The notes under the pieces: model-generated | Seen by the model: only the letters and a program-made list of their open reading frames with translations | The model's database searches: none | What the model was told of the DNA's origin: nothing | Assembly: GCA_016790705.1 (NCBI GenBank) | Contig: JAEUOT010000070.1 | Coordinates: 11,036-75,035, forward strand | Direction of reading: 5' to 3' | Length of the DNA stretch: 64,000 nt | DNA from: Hydrogenophaga sp. | GTDB taxonomy: Bacteria > Pseudomonadota > Gammaproteobacteria > Burkholderiales > Burkholderiaceae_C | Position numbers and translations under genes: made by a program | In this document: positions 51,900-61,457 of the stretch, one piece after another | How positions within the stretch are numbered: position 1 is the stretch's first letter | Layout of the letters: each line of letters begins with the position of its first letter

Positions 51900-54800
51900 T
51901 TACATGCTTCGGCGGTATTGTCCGCCCACTTCGAACAGGGCCCCCGTGATCTGGCCCAGCGAGCAGCAACGCACCGCGTCCATCAGCACCTCGAAGACGT
52001 TCCTGTTCTCGATCACGGCCTGCTTCAGCCGCGCCAACTGCACCGGGGCTTCGGCTGCGTGGCGCGTGTGGAAGTCGTTGAGGCGTGCGAGCTGCGACTG
52101 CTTTTCTTCCTCGGTCGAACGGGCCAGCTCGATCGACTCCGGCACCGGATCGCCCTTGGGGTTGCGGAAGGTGTTGACGCCGATGATGGGGTACTCGCCG
52201 GTGTGCTTGAGCATCTCGTAGTGCATGCTCTCTTCCTGGATCTTGCTGCGCTGGTAGCCGGTTTCCATCGCGCCCAGCACGCCGCCGCGCTCGGCGATCT
52301 TCTCGAACTCGGCCAGCACGGCCTCCTCGACCAGCTCGGTCAGCTCATCGATGATGAAGGCGCCTTGGTTGGGGTTCTCGTTCTTCGCCAGGCCCCACTC
52401 GCGGTTGATGATGAGCTGGATCGCCATCGCACGGCGCACGCTGTCCTCGGTCGGCGTGGTGATCGCCTCGTCGAACGCGTTGGTGTGCAGCGAGTTGCAG
52501 TTGTCGTAGATCGCGATCAGCGCCTGCAGCGTGGTGCGGATGTCGTTGAACTGGATCTCCTGCGCGTGCAGGCTGCGGCCGCTGGTCTGGATGTGGTACT
52601 TGAGCTTCTGGCTGCGCTCGTTGGCGCCGTATTTGTCCTTCATCGCCACCGCCCAGATGCGGCGCGCCACGCGGCCGAGCACGGTGTATTCCGGGTCCAT
52701 GCCGTTGCTGAAGAAGAAACTCAGGTTGGGCGCAAAGTCGTCGATGTGCATGCCGCGCGCCAGGTACGCCTCCACGAACGTGAAGCCGTTGGAGAGCGTG
52801 AACGCGAGCTGGCTGATCGGGTTCGCGCCGGCCTCGGCGATGTGATAGCCGCTGATCGACACCGAGTAGAAGTTGCGCACGTCGTGGTGCACGAAATACT
52901 CGGCGATGTCGCCCATCACCTTCAGGGAGAACTCGGTCGAGAAGATGCAGGTGTTCTGGCCCTGGTCTTCCTTGAGGATGTCGGCCTGCACCGTACCGCG
53001 CACGTTGACCAGCACCCATTCGCGGATCTTGGCGGCCTCGGTGTCGGTCGGCTCGCGGCCGTTCTGTGCCTTGAACTTCTCCAGGTTCTGGTCGATGGCG
53101 GTGTTCATGAACATCGCCAGGATCGACGGCGCCGGGCCGTTGATGGTCATCGACACCGAGGTCGTCGGGTTGCACAGGTCAAAGCCGCCGTACAGCACCT
53201 TCATGTCGTCCAGCGTCGCCACGTTCACGCCGCTGTTGCCGATCTTGCCGTAGATGTCCGGGCGCAGGTCGGGGTCGTTGCCGTAGAGCGTGACCGAGTC
53301 GAAGGCGGTGGACAGGCGCTTGGCCGGCATGCCCTCGCTGACCAGCTTGAAGCGGCGGTTGGTGCGGAAGGGATCGCCTTCGCCAGCGAACATGCGGGTC
53401 GGGTCCTCGCCCTCGCGCTTGAACGCGAAGGTACCGGCGGTGTAGGGGAAGCTGCCGGGCACGTTGTCCAGCATCAGCCACTTGAGGATCTCGCCGTGGT
53501 CCTCGTATTGCGGCAGCGCGACCTTGCGGATGGTGGTGCCGGACAGGCTCTTGGTGGTGAGCGCGGTGCGGATCTCCTTGTCGCGGATCTTCACCACGTA
53601 CTCGTCGCCCGCGTAGGCCTTCTGCATGTCGGGCCACTGGGCCAGCAGCTTGCGCGCCGCCGGGTCCAGCCGGCCTTCGCGCTCGACCGCGAGGTCGAGC
53701 ACCGCGTTGCGCGCGTTCTGCTTGTCGGGATTGGCCTCGTGCAGCATGCGGGCGCTGGCCTGGAGCTGCTGCACTTCGCGCGCCAGACGGGCCTGTTCGC
53801 GCGCCTTCTTCTTGTAGCCCCGCACTGTGTCCGAAATCTCGGCCAGGTAGCGGGTACGCGCGGGCGGCACGATGGGCGTCTGGTTGGTGCTGTGGCGCAC
53901 GCTGACCAGCGGCAGCCGGCCGTCGGCCAGCGTCAGCCCCTTCTCGATCAGCCGTGCCTTGAGCGCCTGGTAGAGCGCGGTCACGCCGTCGTCGTTGAAG
54001 CGCGCGGCCATGGTGCCGAACACCGGCATCTGTTCGGCGGGCACGGTGAAGGCCTCGCGGTTGCGCTGGACCTGCTTGGCCACGTCGCGCAGCGCGTCGG
54101 CGGCGCCCTTGCGGTCAAACTTGTTGATCGCCACGAACTCGGCGAAGTCCAGCATGTCGATCTTTTCGAGCTGGCTGGCCGCGCCGAACTCGGGCGTCAT
54201 CACGTACATCGGAATGTCCACGTGCGGCACGATGGCCGCGTCGCCCTGGCCGATGCCCGAGGTCTCGACGATGATCAGGTCGAAGCCCGCGACCTTGCAG
54301 GCCGCGATCACGTCGGGCAGGGCGGCGCTGATCTCGCTGCTGGTGTCGCGCGTGGCGAGCGAGCGCATGTAGATGCGCGAGCCCTTCTGCCATGACCCGA
54401 TGGCGTTCATGCGGATGCGGTCACCGAGCAGTGCGCCACCGCTCTTGCGGCGCGAGGGGTCGATGGAGATCACGGCCACGCGCAGCGCGTCGTCCTGGTC
54501 CAACCGGATGCGGCGCACCAGCTCGTCGGTCAGGCTGGACTTGCCGGCGCCGCCGGTGCCGGTGATGCCGAGCACGGGAATGGTCTTGCCCGCGGCGGCC
54601 TGTCGGACCGCTTCCACCATGGCGGCATCGGCCTGGCCGTTTTCCAGCGCGGTGATCAGTTGGGCCAGCGCGCGCCAGTGCATCTCGCCGTGGCCCTGGA
54701 TCGCGTCGAGCGACCGTGGTGCGAGCGCGCTGATGTCACGGTCGCAGCGCATCACCATCTCGCCGATCATGCCCTGCAGGCCCATGCGCTGGCCGTCTTC

Positions 54801-55193
54801 CGGGCTGTAGATGCGACCCACGCCGTAGGCCTGCAGCTCGCGGATCTCGGCCGGCACGATCACGCCGCCGCCGCCGCCGAAGACCTGGATGTGTTCGCCG
54901 CCGCGCTGGCGCAGCAGGTCCACCATGTACTTGAAGTATTCGACGTGGCCGCCCTGGTAGGAACTGATGGCAATGCCCTGCACGTCTTCCTGCAGCGCGG
55001 CGGTCACCACGTCGTCCACCGAGCGGTTGTGGCCCAGGTGGATCACCTCGGCGCCCATGCCCTGCAGGATGCGTCGCATGATGTTGATGGCGGCGTCGTG
55101 GCCATCGAACAGGCTGGCGGCGGTGACAAAGCGCACCTTGTTCGTGGGGCGGTAGCTGGCCAGGGCCTTGAAATCGGCGGACAGGTCGGTCAT
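51900..55193 (-). CDS. icmF: Fused isobutyryl-CoA mutase / MeaI GTPase
   Basis: B12-binding [22 protein letters not shown], mutase RLSTAFD and QTSGRSL. Confidence 0.96.
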   Translation of the reverse strand: MTDLSADFKALASYRPTNKVRFVTAASLFDGHDAAINIMRRILQGMGAEVIHLGHNRSVDDVVTAALQEDVQGIAISSYQGGHVEYFKYMVDLLRQRGGEHIQVFGGGGGVIVPAEIRELQAYGVGRIYSPEDGQRMGLQGMIGEMVMRCDRDISALAPRSLDAIQGHGEMHWRALAQLITALENGQADAAMVEAVRQAAAGKTIPVLGITGTGGAGKSSLTDELVRRIRLDQDDALRVAVISIDPSRRKSGGALLGDRIRMNAIGSWQKGSRIYMRSLATRDTSSEISAALPDVIAACKVAGFDLIIVETSGIGQGDAAIVPHVDIPMYVMTPEFGAASQLEKIDMLDFAEFVAINKFDRKGAADALRDVAKQVQRNREAFTVPAEQMPVFGTMAARFNDDGVTALYQALKARLIEKGLTLADGRLPLVSVRHSTNQTPIVPPARTRYLAEISDTVRGYKKKAREQARLAREVQQLQASARMLHEANPDKQNARNAVLDLAVEREGRLDPAARKLLAQWPDMQKAYAGDEYVVKIRDKEIRTALTTKSLSGTTIRKVALPQYEDHGEILKWLMLDNVPGSFPYTAGTFAFKREGEDPTRMFAGEGDPFRTNRRFKLVSEGMPAKRLSTAFDSVTLYGNDPDLRPDIYGKIGNSGVNVATLDDMKVLYGGFDLCNPTTSVSMTINGPAPSILAMFMNTAIDQNLEKFKAQNGREPTDTEAAKIREWVLVNVRGTVQADILKEDQGQNTCIFSTEFSLKVMGDIAEYFVHHDVRNFYSVSISGYHIAEAGANPISQLAFTLSNGFTFVEAYLARGMHIDDFAPNLSFFFSNGMDPEYTVLGRVARRIWAVAMKDKYGANERSQKLKYHIQTSGRSLHAQEIQFNDIRTTLQALIAIYDNCNSLHTNAFDEAITTPTEDSVRRAMAIQLIINREWGLAKNENPNQGAFIIDELTELVEEAVLAEFEKIAERGGVLGAMETGYQRSKIQEESMHYEMLKHTGEYPIIGVNTFRNPKGDPVPESIELARSTEEEKQSQLARLNDFHTRHAAEAPVQLARLKQAVIENRNVFEVLMDAVRCCSLGQITGALFEVGGQYRRSM

Positions 55194-55237
55194 GGTCGTC
55201 TCTCTCGGGGTGGTCTTGTCGGTGTTGTCGGAAAGGG

Positions 55238-56134
55238 TCACTCGATGCGCAGGCCCTTGAGGGCTGGGTCCTGCGGCGGGAAACGCAGCTTCAGCGCCTT
55301 CAGGGCGTCGCGCACCATGCTGGCGATCATCAGGTTGCGGTGGGTTTTCGAATTGGCGGGCACCACGGTCCAAGGCGCCCAGGGGGTGCTGGTGGCCCCA
55401 AGGAAGTTTTCGTAGGCGCGCTGGTAGTCGTCCCACTGTTTGCGCACCTCGATGTCGCCGAGGCTGAATTTCCACTGCTTGGCCGGATCGTCCAGGCGCT
55501 CCTGCAGGCGCTGGCGCTGTTCGTCGTGACCGATGTGCAGCATGAACTTCAGCACCACGGTGCCGGTCTCGGCCAGCAGCCGTTCGAAGTCGTTGATGTG
55601 GGCGTAGCGCTGGCGGGTCTGTTCCGGCGTGATCCAGCCATTGACCGTGGGCACCAGAACGTCTTCATAGTGGCTGCGGTTGAAGACCATGACGTGGCCG
55701 GCCTGGGGAACCTGCTGGTGGATGCGCCAGAGGTAGTCGTGGGCACGCTCGGGCTCGGTCGGCGCCTTCCATCCCACGGTCTGGACACCCAGCGGGCTGG
55801 TCAGACCGAAGACGCTGCGGATCGTGCCGTCCTTGCCGGCGGTGTCCGTCCCCTGCAGCACCACCAGCAGCTTGTACCGCCCGTCCGCGTAGAGCATGTT
55901 CTGCAGCGCGTCGATTTCCTGTGCCAGCGCCAGCACCTGCTGGCGGTCCTTGGCCTTGCTGCCCGTCGACCAGGGTTTGGCATCGGGATCGAGCTTGCCC
56001 AGGGAGACCTTGGTGCGACCTTGGCCGCTGCCCGGGGCCGTCGGTGCAATCACCCAGCCACGGGAGCGACGGCTTGCGGCAGACGGCAGGGCGGCGAGGG
56101 GAAACGGCAGCGGGGCGTCGATCGAACGGGGCAT
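55238..56134 (-). CDS. ppk2: Polyphosphate kinase 2 (class III-like)
   Basis: [33 protein letters not shown]. Confidence 0.92.
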   Translation of the reverse strand: MPRSIDAPLPFPLAALPSAASRRSRGWVIAPTAPGSGQGRTKVSLGKLDPDAKPWSTGSKAKDRQQVLALAQEIDALQNMLYADGRYKLLVVLQGTDTAGKDGTIRSVFGLTSPLGVQTVGWKAPTEPERAHDYLWRIHQQVPQAGHVMVFNRSHYEDVLVPTVNGWITPEQTRQRYAHINDFERLLAETGTVVLKFMLHIGHDEQRQRLQERLDDPAKQWKFSLGDIEVRKQWDDYQRAYENFLGATSTPWAPWTVVPANSKTHRNLMIASMVRDALKALKLRFPPQDPALKGLRIE

Positions 56135-56180
56135 GGCGAGTCTCCGGACGGGGCGTGTCCATCCTGCCACGGGGGCGCAG

Positions 56181-56204
56181 ATTGACGTTTACGTAAACGT
56201 CAAT
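56181..56204. promoter_or_regulatory. LiuR-type operator
   Basis: Perfect 24-bp palindrome ATTGACGTTTACGTAAACGTCAAT, matching the LiuR TTGACGT/TTTACGT motif, upstream of ppk2-icmF. Confidence 0.78.
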
Positions 56205-56245
56205 AATAGCGGGTTTCCTTCCCGGGAGGGAAGGGGCTGCCTACA

Positions 56246-56261
56246 ATACTTATTGGGGTAT
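56246..56261. promoter_or_regulatory. CsoR/CstR-type operator
   Basis: ATAC-TTATTGGG-GTAT with a G-tract, upstream of the CsoR-family gene. Confidence 0.55.
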
Positions 56262-56294
56262 GGGCGCCGTGCCCGACCGACAAAGGAGACCCCC

Positions 56295-56540
56295 ATGACC
56301 ACGGTTCACGACCCGGCCCGCCAGCGCGCCCTTGTGTTGCGCCTCAAGCGTGTCGAAGGCCAGTTGCGCGGCATCCAGAAGCTGCTCGAAACCGATGCCG
56401 ATTGCGAAAAAGTGGCACAGCAGATGGCGGCGGCCCGCAAGGCGCTGGACAAGACCTTTTTCGCGATGGTCGGCTGCGTGATCGCACAAGGCGACCTGCC
56501 GGCGGACGACGTGGCGGATATGCTGGCACGCTTCTCTTGA
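56295..56540 (+). CDS. CsoR/RcnR-family repressor, CstR-like
   Basis: RLKRVEGQLRGIQK..DCEKV..AMVGC: two Cys, no metal-binding His; AAGGAG RBS. Confidence 0.88.
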   Translation: MTTVHDPARQRALVLRLKRVEGQLRGIQKLLETDADCEKVAQQMAAARKALDKTFFAMVGCVIAQGDLPADDVADMLARFS

Positions 56541-56555
56541 CCCGTTGCCGAGCGC

Positions 56556-57677
56556 ATGCCGATGAAACCGATACAGCTCTTCGATCCCGATTCCTGCACC
56601 TACACCTATGTGCTGTCCGACCAGACGACGCGCGAGGCGCTGATCATCGACCCGGTCGAGGAGCAGATCGAGCGCGACCTCGCGACGCTCAGGGAGTACG
56701 GCCTGCGGCTGGTGTGGACCGTGGAGACCCACGCCCACGCCGACCATGTCACCAGCTCGGGCAAGCTCGCCGAGCTGGCGGGTGCCCGGACGGCCGCGCC
56801 GGCAGGTTGCGGCATCGGCACCGCCGGGCGCCAGCTTCAGGACGGCGACGAGCTGGTGTTCGGTGACGAGCGCCTGCGCGCGCTGCACACCCCGGGCCAC
56901 ACCGCCGGCAGCATGAGCTACCTCTGGCGTGACCACGTGTTCACCGGGGATGCCCTGCTGATCGGCGGCTGCGGCCGCACCGATTTCCAGTCGGGCAGCG
57001 CGTCCGAGCTGTACCGCAGCCTGACGCAGGTGCTGTTCGCCTTGCCGGACGCCACCACGGTCTGGCCCGGCCACGACTACCAGGGCCGGACCTCGTCCAC
57101 CATTGGGCACGAAAAGGCGTCCAACCCCCGGGTGGCGGGCAAGTCCGAGGCGGAGTTCGTCGCGATCATGAATGCGCTGAACCTGCCCAGGCCCCGCCGC
57201 ATCGACGAGGCCGTTCCGGCCAACCTCACGTCGGGTTTGCGCCACGACGCCGACGGGGCGCTGCTGATGACGCCGCGACCGGGGCAGGGCGGTTATGCCG
57301 GGGACGTGTCGCCGCAGCTGGCCTGGCGCTGGGTGCAGGCGGGCGAGGCGGTGCTGGTCGATGTGCGCACCGACGCCGAGCGCGAGTGGGTCGGGTTTGT
57401 CCCCGGCGCGGTTCCCGTGGCCTGGAAGCAGTGGCCGGGGATGGCGATGAACCCGCAGTTCGACGATGCCGTGCGCGCCGCCGCCGATGGCGGTCGCAAG
57501 CTGGTGCTGCTGTGCCGCAGCGGGGTGCGCTCGGTGGCGGCCGCCAAACGGGCCACGGAACTGGGGCTGCAGGCCTACAACATCCTCGAAGGGTTCGAAG
57601 GCGATCCCGACGGACAGGGCCAGCGCGGACGCAAAGGCGGCTGGCGGTTTCAGGGATTGCCGTGGCGGCAGAATTGA
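56556..57677 (+). CDS. Persulfide dioxygenase (ETHE1-like MBL) - rhodanese fusion
   Basis: THAHADH, TPGHT, FTGD, GCGRTDFQ, PGHDY; C-terminal rhodanese DVRT..E, CRSGVRS. Confidence 0.92.
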   Translation: MPMKPIQLFDPDSCTYTYVLSDQTTREALIIDPVEEQIERDLATLREYGLRLVWTVETHAHADHVTSSGKLAELAGARTAAPAGCGIGTAGRQLQDGDELVFGDERLRALHTPGHTAGSMSYLWRDHVFTGDALLIGGCGRTDFQSGSASELYRSLTQVLFALPDATTVWPGHDYQGRTSSTIGHEKASNPRVAGKSEAEFVAIMNALNLPRPRRIDEAVPANLTSGLRHDADGALLMTPRPGQGGYAGDVSPQLAWRWVQAGEAVLVDVRTDAEREWVGFVPGAVPVAWKQWPGMAMNPQFDDAVRAAADGGRKLVLLCRSGVRSVAAAKRATELGLQAYNILEGFEGDPDGQGQRGRKGGWRFQGLPWRQN

Positions 57678-57700
57678 AAAAGCGCCGTTTATCGGATAGG

Positions 57701-57730
57701 TGTGACAAAACTTGAGAAAAAAGCGTCACA
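57701..57730. promoter_or_regulatory. Inverted repeat TGTGAC-N18-GTCACA upstream of the AHK synthase
   Basis: Seen in AT-rich intergenic DNA; binding protein unknown. Confidence 0.35.
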
Positions 57731-57732
57731 AC

Positions 57733-57752
57733 CCCTGCTAATGCTGACAGGT
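57733..57752 (+). promoter_or_regulatory. Lux-box-like site upstream of cqsA
   Basis: CCCTGCTAATGCTGACAGGT = CCTG-N10-CAGG; 11/20 identical to the canonical ACCTGTAGGATCGTACAGGT; 61 nt before the ATG. Confidence 0.55.
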
Positions 57753-57813
57753 GGTGTGAGGTAATTGGCGAATTGCTTTTTTCAATGGGTTCTTCTTTTT
57801 ACAGGAGAACGCC

Positions 57814-59058
57814 ATGGAACTGCTGGAAAACGCCCGTGATGCCCAAACCCTGTCGCCGCGACTGAGTGCGGCGCTGGAATCCCGAATCCAAAAAGAGTTT
57901 CTGCCCCGCTGGAATGGGCTGTGGCAGGGGCGGTTTGCCGTTCAGGGGGCGCGGCCGGGGCCTGATTCGGTTCGTCTTGATGGCAATGACTATCTCGCCA
58001 TTTCAGGCCATCCCGATATTGTCCGGGCCCAGATCGATGCATTGACCCGCTCTGGCAATTTCGCGGTGCAGTCCGGCGTGTTCCTTCAGGAAGAGCATCC
58101 GACGCGCCACCTTGAATTGAAATTGGCGCAATGGGTAGGCAAGGAAGATGGATTTGTCTGCCAATCGGGTTATGCGGCCAATGTGGGGCTGATCCAGTCG
58201 GTTGCGAATCCGGACACGCCGGTCTATCTGGATGGCCAGGCCCATGCCTCCCTGTGGGAGGGGGCGCATGCGGCGCGGGCACCCTCTCACGTGTTCCGCC
58301 ACAACGATCCCGAACACCTGGACCGGTTGCTCACACGGGAAGGGCCTGGTCTGGTGGCGGTGGACTCGGTGTACAGCACCACCGGCGCCGTCTGCCCGCT
58401 GCTGGAAATGCTGGAGGTGGTCGAGCGGCACGGCGCGATGATCCTGGTGGACGAGTCCCACTCGCTGGGCACCCATGGTCCGTCAGGGGCGGGACTGTGC
58501 GCGCAGCTCGGGGTGACGCACCGGGTGCATTTTGTGTCGGCCAGCCTGGCCAAGGCGCTGGCCGGGCGCGCAGGCTTCTTCACCGCACCGGCGCACCTGC
58601 GCTACCACATCCTCACCTCCAGCTTTCCCAACATCTTCAGCTCCTGCGTGCTGCCGCACGAGGCGGCCGGACTGTCGGCGACGGTCGATGTGCTGCAGCG
58701 CGCCGACGCGGCGCGGGAGGCGCTGCGGGGGGTGACCCACCGCATCCGCGCGTCCCTGGAGGCCATGGGCTACCCGATCGGCCAGGGGACCGAACAGATC
58801 ATCGCGCTGGAGGCGGGTCCGGAACCCGCCACGATCGAGGTGCGTGACGCGCTGGATGCGCTCGGCGTTCACACTGCGTTCTTCGGGGCTCCCGCGACGA
58901 GCCGCAACCGCTCGCTGGCGCGCATGACGCTGCACGCGGCGCTCACCGCAGCGGAGCTCGATCACATCGAGGCCGCCGCGCAGGAGGTGGCGGCGCGGCT
59001 GCGTCCCTGGGAATGGGCGGCGGCGCGTCGCCAGCGCGTCGCCGCTCAGATGTCCTGA
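57814..59058 (+). CDS. cqsA: Alpha-hydroxyketone autoinducer synthase (CqsA/LqsA/JqsA family, PLP class II)
   Basis: GNDYL, QSGVFL, QSGYAANVGL, AHASLWEG, DSVYSTTG, DESHSLGTHG, PLP lysine SLAKA; adjacent to a CqsS-like sensor; AGGAG RBS. Confidence 0.88.
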   Translation: MELLENARDAQTLSPRLSAALESRIQKEFLPRWNGLWQGRFAVQGARPGPDSVRLDGNDYLAISGHPDIVRAQIDALTRSGNFAVQSGVFLQEEHPTRHLELKLAQWVGKEDGFVCQSGYAANVGLIQSVANPDTPVYLDGQAHASLWEGAHAARAPSHVFRHNDPEHLDRLLTREGPGLVAVDSVYSTTGAVCPLLEMLEVVERHGAMILVDESHSLGTHGPSGAGLCAQLGVTHRVHFVSASLAKALAGRAGFFTAPAHLRYHILTSSFPNIFSSCVLPHEAAGLSATVDVLQRADAAREALRGVTHRIRASLEAMGYPIGQGTEQIIALEAGPEPATIEVRDALDALGVHTAFFGAPATSRNRSLARMTLHAALTAAELDHIEAAAQEVAARLRPWEWAAARRQRVAAQMS

Positions 59059-60032
59059 ATCTCCCGCAGGCCCTGCATGTCCAGGAAGTTGCGGTACGGA
59101 TAGATCGGTTGGGGCAGGTCCGAGGCCGCCAGCGCGAACCGCGCCCCGATCAGCAGACCGTCCTCGCCGATGGGAAATGCCGGCTCCATGCGGATCGGTC
59201 CCTCCAGGCTCAGTTGCTGGTGGACCTCGATGGCCGGCAGGCGCTTGCCGCCCTGGATGGCCTGCACCGTGTCGAAGCCCAGTCCGGCCGAGCGCCCGAG
59301 GTCGGTGACCTCCTTGAGGCCGGAGGTCGGCTCCAGTTGCAGCCACTCGCATTGGCCGTCCGCAGTGAGTCCCAGCATGCCGAAGGGTTCGCCCAGCACC
59401 ACGTACTCGATCCAGTTTTCCAGGGCGAGCTTCTGCAGTGCGCCGGCGATCGAGGGCACTTCAAGCACCGTCTGGTGGCCGGGCTGCAGGGCCGTGCGCC
59501 AGATGGTGTTGAGGCGGGGCTGCGGGGTCCGGGCGTTCTTCAACACCTGCGTCAGCAGCCGGCCGGCGATGTCGGCTGTGTGCTTGGGAATGAACTGGTC
59601 GATCAGGCCGTTGTTGAAGGCGTCGGTGGCGATGGTGTCGTCCGCCTGCCCGGTGAGCAGGATGCGGTAGCCGGGCCAGTCGATCAGCGACTCCAGCACC
59701 TTGAGCCCGTCGATGCCCGGCATGGCGAAGTCGATCACGCAGGTCTGCACGAGCTGGTAGCGGGCCGGGTGCGAACTCCAGTAATTGAGGACCTGGGGCA
59801 GCAGGTTCTGTCCGTGGCGCCAGCGGTCGAGCATCTGCAGATGTAACCCGGCATCGGATTCCCATTTCGCGGGTTCCTCCTTCATGCGTGCCAGAAAGGC
59901 GCTCGGCCGCGAGAACAGCTCGACCTGCAGCGTCGTCGGCACGACCAGACCCAGCATCTCAAGATAGTCGATGTCGTCGTCCAGGAAGATCAGACAGCCT
60001 GACCGGTGGTACAGCGGGAATTTGAAGGCCAT
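59046..60032 (-). CDS. LqsR/JqsR-like response regulator (REC with insertion, no HTH)
   Basis: FLDDD, long insertion, phospho-Asp in CVIDFAMPG (D101), LLTGQAD..AFNNGLIDQFIPK. Confidence 0.82.
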   Translation of the reverse strand: MAFKFPLYHRSGCLIFLDDDIDYLEMLGLVVPTTLQVELFSRPSAFLARMKEEPAKWESDAGLHLQMLDRWRHGQNLLPQVLNYWSSHPARYQLVQTCVIDFAMPGIDGLKVLESLIDWPGYRILLTGQADDTIATDAFNNGLIDQFIPKHTADIAGRLLTQVLKNARTPQPRLNTIWRTALQPGHQTVLEVPSIAGALQKLALENWIEYVVLGEPFGMLGLTADGQCEWLQLEPTSGLKEVTDLGRSAGLGFDTVQAIQGGKRLPAIEVHQQLSLEGPIRMEPAFPIGEDGLLIGARFALAASDLPQPIYPYRNFLDMQGLREIQDI

Positions 60033-60035
60033 GAC

Positions 60036-61370
60036 TCAGGTGGAACTCGATGGGTGAACGAAGGCCGTGACACCGTCGCTCACAGGCAGTTCGATGAAGA
60101 AGGTGGCTCCCTGGCCAGGTTGTGAATGCAGGGTCAGTCGCCCGTCGGAGGCCTCCACCACGTTGCGACAGAACGGCAGGCCCAGGCCATTGCCGACGCT
60201 GCTGTGCAGGGAGTAGAAGGGCTCGAAGATCCGTTGTTGTTTCTGTGTCGGCACGCCCGTGCCTTTGTCGCTGACCACGATCCGGCCCATGCCGTCGTGC
60301 GCCGAGACCTCGATGCGCAGGTCGCCGGGACTCAGGGGCGCGCCGGCGGCCGCCAGCGCGTGCAGGGCGTTCTTGATCAGATTGTCCAGCACCTGCGCGA
60401 ACAGGGCGCGGGTACCGATGAAGGTGAAGTCCTGCTCCAGCGCCAGCTCGATGCACTCGCGCTCGCGCGTGGCCCGGAACGGGTACATCGCCACCACCTC
60501 CTGCACCAGTTCGAACGCTTGCAGGTGGGTGGTCGGGCGCGGCAGCCGCAGCAACTGCGCGTTGGAAATCTGGGTGTCGATCTGGCGGTTCATGCTGCGC
60601 ACCAGATGCTTGAGGCGCTTGGAGAGCTCGCCCATCTTCCTGCGCTGGGGCTCGGGAACGTCGCTCTGCGCCATCCCCCGCAGCACGTCACCGACGAGGT
60701 TGACGGTCGCCAGCGGCGTGCGCAGTTCGTGGGCCATGACGCCCATGGTGCTGAGCGTGTTGATCAGCCTCACGCGGCGCAGGTTTGCGCTGGACATGCC
60801 CAGCATCAGGCTCATCACCGCCGAGAACGCAATCAGGGTCATGTTCTCCGGCTCGAACCCCACCCAGACCTGCCCATCCCGCGTGAGCAGGAACAGTCCC
60901 GTCGCTGCCACGAACCCCGTGACGGTGCCCAGCGAGGCCAGTCGCCAGTCGGTGATGTGGAAGTAGATCAGGATCATCGAGCACAGGCTGGCCAGCCAGA
61001 CCTTGTTGCCCTCGTTCATCAGGAACATCCAGCCGAAGAACAGCGGCAGTTGCAGCCAGAAGATGATGCCGAACACCCAGACGCTGGTGCGCGAGGTCAG
61101 GTCGCGGTTCACCCGACGCAGCAGCAGCAGCAGGCCGGTCAGGGCCAGGACCACGCGCACCCAGGGCAGTTCGTAGGGCTGGGGCATGGCGTGTCCCCAC
61201 AGCCAGCCGAACAGGAAATGGCCACCGACGGTGAAGATGCCCAGCCACCACAGGCGCGTCGTCGACGGGTGCAAAATAGGCTCCATCGGGGCGCGGACGA
61301 TTTCGTCCACCACCCAGCGCCACACCCGCATCCGGATGTTGTGAACCCTTAACCGGTCCCAGGGCAACAT
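60036..61370 (-). CDS. LqsS/CqsS-like AHK sensor histidine kinase (non-hybrid)
   Basis: 6 TM helices with PQPYE and LPLFFGWMFLMN..KVWLAS motifs; AHELRTPL; no C-terminal REC; AAGGA RBS. Confidence 0.85.
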   Translation of the reverse strand: MLPWDRLRVHNIRMRVWRWVVDEIVRAPMEPILHPSTTRLWWLGIFTVGGHFLFGWLWGHAMPQPYELPWVRVVLALTGLLLLLRRVNRDLTSRTSVWVFGIIFWLQLPLFFGWMFLMNEGNKVWLASLCSMILIYFHITDWRLASLGTVTGFVAATGLFLLTRDGQVWVGFEPENMTLIAFSAVMSLMLGMSSANLRRVRLINTLSTMGVMAHELRTPLATVNLVGDVLRGMAQSDVPEPQRRKMGELSKRLKHLVRSMNRQIDTQISNAQLLRLPRPTTHLQAFELVQEVVAMYPFRATRERECIELALEQDFTFIGTRALFAQVLDNLIKNALHALAAAGAPLSPGDLRIEVSAHDGMGRIVVSDKGTGVPTQKQQRIFEPFYSLHSSVGNGLGLPFCRNVVEASDGRLTLHSQPGQGATFFIELPVSDGVTAFVHPSSST

Positions 61371-61457
61371 GTTTTCCTTTTCGCCTGCTTCGTACCTGCT
61401 CGCCCGCAGCATGTGCCGGCGTGGGCTGATTGTCCGCGTTTCGTTGGCCGCGCCGAC

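Noticed and set aside
55194-56294. Cobalamin riboswitch upstream of icmF
   Set aside because: The gaps are short and I see no B12-box motif.
57814-59058. Ordinary BioF/Kbl/SPT assignment for the PLP enzyme
   Set aside because: The QSG.AANVGL, AHASLWEG and DESHSLGTHG motifs plus the adjacent PQPYE-type sensor favour CqsA; there are no bio genes nearby.
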